From Schmidtea polychroa (lineage: Eukaryota), in contig CM097885.1 of the NCBI GenBank assembly GCA_044892525.1, forward strand, positions 49,292,001 to 49,356,000: a DNA stretch of 64,000 nucleotides. Direction: 5' to 3'. The stretch's first letter is position 1. Every line of letters begins with the position of its first letter. The notes below the pieces were generated by a model that saw only the letters and a list, made by a program, of their open reading frames with translations, was not told the origin of the DNA and searched no databases. Positions 54,288 through 64,000 of this stretch are shown piece by piece. The translations under genes were made by a program, and so were the position numbers.

Positions 54288-54541
54288 CCCTTTCAACACT
54301 GAATTTTATTAATTTAATGATTAATTTTTAGTGTTCTGTTCTCTATCACACTACAATTGACACTGGACAGGCATGAACTTGTTGATACCCTACAAGTACT
54401 GTACTACCAACTTAACAACATTCGCATAACACGATAAACTACTGGAACACACATATTACATTGAATTTGGGATAAAGATGACATAGAAATAATTTTTCAA
54501 AAATGTTTGGGATATAAAATATCCCAGGAGTGCTGTAAGGG
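54288..54541. mobile_element. piggyBac-type MITE with TTAA TSD
   Basis: TTAA-CCCTTTCAACACT...AGTGCTGTAAGGG-TTAA (TIR 11/13); an empty-site paralogue lies at ~53814-53865. Confidence 0.75.
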
Positions 54542-55771
54542 TTAAGGTGTAAATGCTTTGTAATATTTATAAAATTATATATAAAATTAATTCATTGAAG
54601 AAAATAAATCTTCAAGTTAATGTACTATTTTACAATAATACCAGCGAACCCAGTTATTCTATCAGGTCATCAGTGTTTCTCTAGAGGCTAACCAATTTAT
54701 AGACTACCAAAATTACTTAGCAACGAGCATTATCAGGACAAAACAAATATTTTTAATGTAGCCTTAGGATGAAAGTGGATTGTCTGCTACCGTAAAAACA
54801 CATAACTCAACACTAATTATTTTGTGTCAACAATTCAATGTTTACTAGAAAAGAAGTCGCTGTCATTAATGCAACTATCAAATAGACTGATTTATGAATC
54901 TAGGATCCTCTAAAATTACGAAAGCGCAGATAGGTAAATGCATTTAAAAATTAACTGCTCGGTGGACCTCAAGGTTATAAAAACTTACAGATTTTATAAT
55001 AAAAACCAAATGCTTTTAAAAATTACATAAAAAGCAAAAATATTTATTAAATTATTCAAATCGAGATCATTAAGAGTTCTCAAGTTATTTTCGAGCATAG
55101 TTTGTTGCCACAATGTATTGTCGAAAAATATCTAGCACAGAAAAACCCAATCATCCGGCCAGAATTAATCGAAATAAATAAGTAAAGGTTGAAAGTAATA
55201 ATGAAGAACATCAAAATAATGTTACATATAGCATCAATAAAATATAAGAATAAATATAAAAATGAAAAACTGTTGATGGTAAAAAGTCTCCTGAATAAAT
55301 AGTTACCTTTTAAATATGCATGTTAAAATAACCTTTTCGGAAACTTATTTAAATTTTCATACAATTCTGAATACGTATTCCGCTCATTATTCTTTAAGAG
55401 CATCAAATTAGTTTTTAAAACCTGAAAATATCTTTTTCGAAATTACTTTATAAGGGATTCATATTTTCAAATTTTAATGTATTACACAAACCAGTTTTAC
55501 TTCTCAACTAATTATCAAATTGAAAAATATTTTTTGTTTATAATTTAAATTAATTACAAAATTTTTTATACTTTATTCCTTTTTTGATACGTTGAAAATC
55601 AATCGCACAATTTTTTTATTATTATTGATATTTTGACACAAATTAACTTTTTAAATGAATAAACTCATCATATAAACTCATAACATATCTTCGTTTCCCT
55701 TTTCTGAATAACACTATTTCTAATAAAATCAAAGTTATTAAACGACTATGTAAGAACAGGTAATGTTATAA

Positions 55772-56352
55772 CCAGGGATTCAGAGTGGTGGTTAAAAACG
55801 CTCCGCTCCAGACACCACTCCATTACAAAAAAATCGCTCTGGGTTTATTAAAAAATTTTATATTAAAATTAAAAAGCATAAATATAGTTCTACTATAATA
55901 TTATATTTTTTAATCATTCTATAAAATTATTATCTAGCCTGATCATCAAAATATCTTGAAGTCTTTCTTCACTCAGGCGACAACGATGGTGCGAAAACAC
56001 ATATTTTAACACAGAAAAATTGCTCTCTACACTTGCCTGTGTAGCACTGCACTAACAAAAAAACTTGTGCCAACTCATAGAGAATTCTTTGTTCTAGTTT
56101 TTTGGTCTCCCAATACTCCAAAATATTTAAATAAGATTAAATTTTCAAATTATAATCAGCTGTTATATGACACACCAACACAAACTTTTCATTTTCCCAG
56201 CAAGAAAAATTTTGATACCTAAGTAACAAAACTTGCACAAATTTTCCGAAACTGACACTACATTAGTTTTCGAATAGGAATTTTAGAAAAATATGGAGCG
56301 GAACGGAACCGCTCCTTCTAAATTTTTTAATCACTGCTTCGCTCTTTACTCC
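55772..56352 (-). mobile_element. Internally deleted hAT relic
   Basis: Minus-strand ATQASVE motif at ~56023-56045 (hAT C-terminal S-V-E-R-x-F-S, broken); CGCTCC/GGAGCG subterminal repeats at both ends. Confidence 0.45.
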
Positions 56353-59300
56353 ACACAAGAATATAACTTAAACTTAGCTCTAACAACATAACTTTACTGA
56401 GAGATTGATGTACGGGCAAGTAATCCAATAGACTATAATCTAAAACTATAACGAATGTTGCCAAATTTGGAAAATCACATATTGGAATAGTTGCGTTCAA
56501 ATAACGATATTTGGCAACCCAGTTTCACAGCAATAAAGATAAAGATGGAATAAGAGAAAAGGTTTGTTCAAGTCAAGAATTTAGTTTAATAATCATTAAT
56601 CCTTCATTAGAACACATCAATTGCTCGTTACAGCTCGCCTGAGGTTATATGTATAAGCATTACTCGAAAAGATCTGTTTTTACAAACAAGTATAAACTTG
56701 CAAATAACTAACCGATGCACTGTGATGCAAAATGGCAACAATAGGTTAATAAGTGTTAATAATCCAAATAAATAAATTTTACTTGTACCATAAATAATAA
56801 TTCCTTAATAAATCTTAAAGATTATTATTACAATTGTTAGGTTTGTATAGATTAATATAAAATGTACAGAAAAAAAAGCTCAATGTATCAAGATTCAGAA
56901 AAAAAATAATTGAAGTGAGAAAATTAATTAAAAAGTAATATTTTTCGGAGGAAACTAACATAGGAGGGTGACACATAATGAAATGACACAAATATGGTGA
57001 TGTAAAATTGATTAGGAGTCCTAGACAAAGTTAATACATTTATAAACTTGGAATAGATTTCCCAGGGATTCCACCCTGGTTAATATTCAGCAATATTATG
57101 GTTGGTTATTGGCTTTAACCTTGCTTTGTTGTTAATGAGCGCTTTCTTGGCCACTTACTGTCCCTATTTATATAACCTGTTTGTCATCAATCAACGTGGG
57201 TAATTGTATATGTCTGCAATTATTGGAGTTATTCTCCCTAAATGATTTACGAAATTAATCAACATGTCAACTTCGGGATAATTCTAATGATATATGGGTT
57301 TTCCATGAAAAATAACTGAAATTAATTAACTTGTTTTTTATCAATATAGCCCTTCTTAGAACCTCTTATCATTTAAAATTATTTTATTTGTCATAAATTT
57401 TGAATTTTCCAACAGTTACTATCCCCCAGAGAAATATTGATTTTAACTCTTGAATATCTAATTTGCTTTAATTATTATTTCCATTTTTGTCAATTTTTGT
57501 GTAACTCTGACAACACTATTTTTAAAAAAGAATTTGTTGCTAAATTACCCGTTTAACAATTTTTTTTGGATTTAATGTTTTTTGTAAAAAACTACTAAGT
57601 ATTTTTTCAATTAATTTGATTTCTTGCCAGTTTGGCATATTTTCATGAAATTTATAAAATTCTCGAAGTTGCATTTATGAAGCAATTATGTTTAGGTTAA
57701 AGTACAGAATACTTCAACAACATTTGCAAAATGGTAATTTTATTTTATAAACAACAATAAAACACATTTGCATAGAATGAGGGCTTCTATAATGATTTTA
57801 TTGATTTTTAATTTTTTTATAAATAAAATCTTGCACCTGCACACTAAAAAATCAATCAATATTTTCATAATATTCAGTAAATAAGTAATATTGATATATT
57901 TCATATTTCATAGATATAATATTATTATTATATATGTTGTATAAAATATAAAAATTATCTAAATCAATTAGAAATAAATTCAAATTCGAAAAAAGTAAAA
58001 ATCAATATTTTTCGCGACGGGAAAGCGGTAAAATTTTAAATCAATTTTAATTAAATTTATTGATATTTAAAGTAAGCTCAAAAATCATAGCTGAAAATAA
58101 CTGAACGTCAACATAATTGGCCAATAAACAAAATCGATATTGGATGAGTGACACGAGTTAGCCTAATTGGGAGTTAAGTTAACATTCATATTAGATCCAA
58201 TATCTTATGGGCAGCAAATCAAACGTAGTGTTTTCAAAAGTCCGGATTTTTTACTTTTACAATTAATATAAATTTTACAACTTAAGTCGTATTTTTAATT
58301 ATCATCTCGTAGCTATTGTCACTGGCACGTATCGATCTTTTTCGTAGATGTCGAAACTGGTTATGAGTGTACAGAAACCCTGGTAGAATTATCGTAAGCT
58401 AACATCGTAGACTATGTTTTATATCGGAATTAGACAGATGACGATGGGAATGAATTGGAAGACGAAATTGATGAATTGTCGGTACCTACGATATTGGAAG
58501 TTAACCATTCACTTAAAAGAATTATGTCTTTTTCCCTTACAAAAGGCCACGAACCGTTCGTAGATGAAGTGAGTAAATTTAAAGGAAGATTTGAAGCATT
58601 TATTACGAAGCTTACGAAAATGCAGAGATAAATCATGGACTTTTTTGGGAAAAATTAACAAGTGATTATAACTGCGCGGTTTTGTTTTTTATATTCCTTT
58701 AAATTTAAGAATTATGTACCAATCATCATCCTCTATGTTAGGAAATAAATTGGCAACTATCTAGCCATCCAGAATTGGTCATAACAATGAAATGAAAAGC
58801 CATTCATTTTTATTCTATATTAAATCAACTATAAACAAATAATACGGCAAAAACAATCTATTTGACATAAATTGTTGCATTCCTATCAAATCCCGACTCC
58901 AGCGGGCACGGCTGTATTATAGATGCTTTTATTCCATGCAAACAGATGTACAAGTAAATAGCCCATAATACGCGTATATAATTGATAGATTCGATTGTCT
59001 GGTGAAACTAATGATTCCCAAGAAGAAGCAGAGTCAACTAATATGATGAGACCTATCCAAGTTATGGTTTTATATACATTGCCGAGACGCATCATACCCA
59101 ATTTAATTACTAAACATCCAAAGCCTTTTTTCAGCGTTTCAAAGATCAATCTAAGAAACAGATAAGTCTCATGATTTCGCAAGCTACGTGATCGATAATA
59201 TGCTAGTTAAATCCAAGAAGCCATATATATATGGTCGAATAACGTAAAAAGAAAATTAATACCATAGTAAAAGAGTCAAAGAAGTGAAATTAAAGCATAT

Positions 59301-61815
59301 TGTGTTTTGAATTAGTGTGATATCCATAATATGTTATTAACCTATAAAAATCAGCTGATTCCTGTCGACAAAATCAATAATATCCCAAAAGTTAAACAAA
59401 TATTATTATTATCTTCTTTTATTTGCAGTAATTGAATTTATTTAACAGAGACTTTCATCAGAGCCTTTATTTAGGTATCTGCTGACCATCTTATTTTTTT
59501 TTAATTTTATACCTAAAATTAATTTTTACTTAAATTATAAAATTTTAATGCTATGAGAGCTGAAAGTTGATGGAATAATTATTTTATGAAATAGTTTATG
59601 GAGGCTGATCTTTGTTGGAATATTTTTAACCTATCTTGTAAAAGCTTTGAAATTAAATTTCCATTTCTCTTAAAAATAAATTATTTCTCACTAAGTTATT
59701 AAAATAAATTAAAATAAATTATCTTTTTCGTAACTTATTTTCATTTTTCAATTTCATTTATTTTCATTCAATTTTTGTCAATAAATCAAAATATATAATT
59801 AACATAATTGATTGACACGACATGTCTATTATATTAATGTACTTTTCTTATGATTTATATATCAAACTCTGTCGATTTCGGTTGTTATTTGAATTAATTA
59901 ACTTTAAATAAAGTTATAATTTCTTGAAATTAGTGTTAAATTTAACCATTTCCCTCGAAGTAACTTAATAAATTGAATTTATTATGATGAAATGTGGACT
60001 TCCACATACGCAAAATTACATAGAAAATTAATATATATTAAAAAATAAAAATTTTAAACATAGATTTTAAAGGTTAAATATTAAAGCATGTGAAAATTAG
60101 CAATATTATTGATAAATTAAAATTATTCAAAACATATTACGGCCAAACCTTAAAAAATTCATATACCAGAGAAAAAATAAAGATGCCGGTGCATGCAATA
60201 GTTAATTCTGTATAGTAAACAACATTCATAATTTAAATTCATTTAAAATAAATACAACATTACTTGAACTTGTGTCGATTTTCCAATCAAATAACAACAG
60301 ATGAATGTTGATATTTCTGTGAAAAAACATCTAAAACTTAAAATAAATTGAATACTTAAAGATGCAATTCAATTGATATAGTTGATTTAGAAAAAACACT
60401 GTAATAATGGAAATTTAAATTATATTATTTAAATTATCACTTAAAACTTTAAATATATTGCATATAAACAAAGTTCGATTTCGAAAATATTTAAATTGCA
60501 TTTAAATAGAAAAAATATATTTTATAATAGTTAATCTCTTAAAAAATTCAAATTTTTTATATGCTGGCCATCTTAATATTTGACATTATAATTAATAATT
60601 GCAGGCTTATTATTTAACAAATATGACTACTAATTAATAAATATATTATTGATTTCGTTGTTGTATTATAAATAATAAACAAGTGTATTAAATATGTTTT
60701 AGTAATTAACCATATTGACTTTTTAACATATTTTTATTGTGTTACTGTCTTTTTGAGATTTATCAAATAAATTCTCTGTCATAAGGTCAATTTTGTTTTC
60801 AGTTTCCAAAGGTGAATTGTTTTACATTGATGTTGGTTGATGAGGGTTGAATGAGGGTAAACGTCTTCATGACTATTGTACCTTAGACCATCTATGTACC
60901 AATGGCGACGACTATCTTGGTGCCGTACACAGTGGCTGAAATTCAATGAGCAGGGGAGGTATATTGCTAAAACTACTCCTCATGATATTTTCCTTTTGGG
61001 TTCTGGACTGTCGATAAAAGGTCTTATGTCAATATTTTCTACATATTCTTTTTTTTTAGATCATTGCCATTTATTCATTTAATTGTGGTCCTCACTTCTG
61101 GATGTGGAAATCAATTTATTTAAAATAACAAAAATTATTAATATTGAATTATTAAATTTAAAACACTTATTAAAATTAATTGGGTATTACTATATACAAG
61201 CAGAATTTTAATAATATTTTGTTGAAATAATTAATGGAGGAAAGCAATAATTAAAACACCTTAGAAAATAAAATACAAGTATACTCAATGATTTAAACAA
61301 ATTAATATTTTATCGAAACTATTCGGTACTTTCTACAAAATTAGAATAAATAAGATTTGAATTATATTTCACTATTCATTTTTCTGATATTATTTACCTT
61401 TGAATCTAGTCAGGATACATATTTTCATTTTAATTGCAATAGATTATTTTTCTAATTATATTTGACACGAACTTTATTAATAAAATATTTATATTTTATT
61501 GATTTATTTTCACAATCAAATTGTTCGATATTGTTTATTGATTATTGAATGTCATTTTACTTCCGTTAATTTTATTATATTGATTCAATAAATCTTGTAC
61601 GCTATTGATAAACAATCACTTAAAATCAAGGGCGACAAAATTCAATATATAAGCTGAAGGAATGCTCAGTCAAATCACTTAATAAATACTTAACTCAAAA
61701 AAAAATTTCATAGTTGATTTGACTATTGAAAAAATAAATTAGAGCATACAGTATATCGAGCTCGGAAAAAAGTATTTGATAAATTACAATACAAGTCACT
61801 CAATACATATATACT

Positions 61816-62971
61816 CAGCTGTGGTTTGGAGCCGGTTCGGTCAGGTTCGTGCGAACCGTTAGTTCAAAATAATAAATATGGCTAAAACTTAAGGCTAAGA
61901 TCACGTACTAATTTCAAGAAAATCAAAATTTTTTTAATTGAAAATAATGTCCGTTTCTACAAAATTTTATATAAATTGCATAAATATTACTTTACAGTTT
62001 AGCCGTTCGGCAAAAATATTGCGAAATTCAGCTATAAGCAAAAAAGTGAAACTCAGAATAACAAGTCACAGGCTAAATGTCGCGCTAGTCGGAATTTTGT
62101 TGATTACCAGACTTTCTCATCTTTATTATAGAAAATTTTTGTTTATAACTGACCGGAAACCATTCCGCTTCTTCCGACGTGTGCTTTTTCAGATATTTAT
62201 TTCCTGTTATTAAAATACAAATTAAAATCGCTAAGAAAAAGTTGGTTGCTACGCTTCATTTCCTGAAATTATTGTTTTATTATTATACTAATAAAAATAA
62301 AATTGAAACTTTTTATTAGTATAATAATAAAAAAATAATTTCAGAAAATGAAGCGTAACAACCAATTTGTTCTTAACGATTTTAATTTTTAAATCAAGCA
62401 AGCCAAAACATCTATCAATGATACTAATACTAATGACTCCACACAATCTGAAACTACAACAGGAAAGTGTGAAGAAACTACAAGCAAGATTGTTGAAAGT
62501 CCTCGTATATTAGAATCAGTCTCAGATGCTAGCGTGTTAGAGGAGAAAAGCATTTGTGTAGAAGATGGCCACCGAATCGACATGCCAAATTGTTGAAAAA
62601 CCGAGCAACTTGAATATTTTAGTCAATTGTATCCTTGGTTAAAAATATCAAATGGTTTGTTAAGATGTAATGTTTGTTCTAAATTTAGTTCGATATGTGC
62701 TAACAAAAAGATTGGTTGTCATCTTGCATTACAGTGGGTAAAAACTCAAATCAAGGCTGCTAGTGAAGGAAAATATGTTCAACAAGCTTCTACGGAAAAA
62801 AAACTGCACCAGCATGACAAATCAATCGCTCATAATAAATTGATTGAAACTTTGAAAACTGCAGAAGCCCACAGAATTGAGACTATTGTTGACAAACTTA
62901 ATTCAAACCAAATAGACGCAACTGCTAGTGTGTTTAATTGTGTATACAGTTTAGCTAAACATAATCAGTAG
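61816..62971 (+). pseudogene. 5' part of a decayed hAT-type transposase (TTF zinc finger) with probable left end
   Basis: YPWL...CNVC...HDKSIAH...VFNCVYSLAKHN; in-frame stop at ~62594; CAG...GGTTCG/CGAACC repeats at 61816-61860. Confidence 0.6.
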
Positions 62972-62973
62972 GG

Positions 62974-64000
62974 AGTTAGTAGCCCGCGGGAGCAATAGGG
63001 GGGTGGTAAAAATGTTGCAACTTTTAATTGCATAATTTTTGTTCCGTAGACATTTTTTGATTACATAACTGTTGCCGTACGCTCCAATGTTTTTTTCTGG
63101 GATTTTAAATACAAAATGCCAGGGATAAGTCAGTATTATTTGGGTGGGTCTCCTTGGTCATGAGAATTTCAATAGAAAAGGTGGTTTACAATAAAAAACG
63201 CATAGTAAATTTTTAAATTAAAGCAAATTATGGGTCTAAAATTTAAAAATAAAGTAAATGATGGGTCTAAAAATTAAATTTAAGTAAATCAGAGTTCAGT
63301 TTTTTTTGAATTATAGTCAATTATAGGCCTAAAAATTTTAAATTTAAGTTAAATAAGTAAATTAAAGTAAGATTTTTAAATTTATTAACAAAAAGTTGGA
63401 ATAATAGAAGGTGTTTGAGAATTGAAATTTTTTAATGAAAATTTTTATGAAATATTTTTTTAAATATTTTTTTAATAATAATAATAATAATAGTAATAAT
63501 AATAATAATATTATTATTTCAACCAAATACTATACAACACATAAAAATAACTAGACACATAACAAAACATATAAACATTAACTAAACACATAAAAATAAC
63601 TAGACACATAACAAACATAAAAATTTACCAAACAAATAAAAAGAACAAAAGTAAAGATATAAAATTTTATTTAATAAAATCATTCCTCATCAGATAAAAT
63701 AATGTCATTAATATCAACTTCTCCAAAATCTTCTCCAACAATTTCTCCAACATTTAATTGACTAAATCTTACATGACCATATGCAAGACTAGTATTTTTC
63801 CCCACCCAAACTCTTTTGTCATCTTTGTTAGTTAGTGCTATTTTAGTATTTTTAATTGTAAAAATTTGATGATTTTTGCTTGTTATTTTTGTTTGAGGAA
63901 TCGAAAAAATATGATTAGTGTTATAACAATCCAGGTATGGCTGATGTTTTATGTCACTACCTTTCAATATGTTTCCTCATCACCCAACAAGCTATAACAT
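62974..64000. mobile_element. End of a second Polinton, running off the window
   Basis: AGTTAGTAG terminus immediately after the transposase fragment, followed by a pPolB C-terminus. Confidence 0.75.
63680..63967 (-). CDS. C-terminal fragment of Polinton protein-primed DNA polymerase B
   Basis: YLDC...ITSKNHQIFTI...KIALTNKDDKR...SLAYGH; the frame appears broken upstream. Confidence 0.8.
   Translation of the reverse strand: MKGSDIKHQPYLDCYNTNHIFSIPQTKITSKNHQIFTIKNTKIALTNKDDKRVWVGKNTSLAYGHVRFSQLNVGEIVGEDFGEVDINDIILSDEE

Noticed and set aside
58380..58660. Possible Tigger/pogo transposase C-terminal relic
   Set aside because: Only an acidic stretch; no catalytic motif or TIR pair confirmed.
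56400..61800. Host exons in the AT-rich tail
   Set aside because: Short ORFs without motifs; no gene model could be supported.

Overview
AT-rich eukaryotic DNA that is almost entirely mobile elements. The (ATT)n tracts, 38-54 nt introns and giant LTR element suggest a planarian-type flatworm, which is an inference. (1) 412-30212 is a complete, apparently very young 29.8-kb Ty3/Gypsy element with 3,872-bp LTRs and a tRNA-Pro PBS, resembling the giant planarian 'Burro' class. It is built like a complex enveloped retrovirus. Gag (3 zinc knuckles plus ubiquitin-like modules) is followed by a single in-frame TAA, then one polyprotein: Ubl, Bcl-2-like, signal peptide, chuvirus-type fusion glycoprotein, PR, RT, RH, IN and two ankyrin modules. 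That polyprotein continues in the -1 frame at a G9 run into a membrane protein. The element also carries an IAP-type RING gene, a full TRAF gene, coiled-coil and membrane ORFs, and an LTR-encoded ORF. The spacers between accessory genes are packed with Pumilio-type UGUAHAUA motifs. (2) ~30.9-39.7 kb is the morphogenesis half of a Polinton/Maverick (adintovirus-like) element: protease, major and minor capsid, integrase, ATPase, a TBP homologue, intron-containing genes and an AP-1/nuclear-receptor-site subterminal array. (3) The rest holds a 5'-truncated Gypsy pol with 3' LTR, a decayed hAT with TIRs and an 8-bp TSD, one host rhodopsin-class GPCR, MITE and TE relics, and a second Polinton end (pPolB C-terminus) inserted in a hAT relic. 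All protein calls come from motif recognition by eye; no searches were run.
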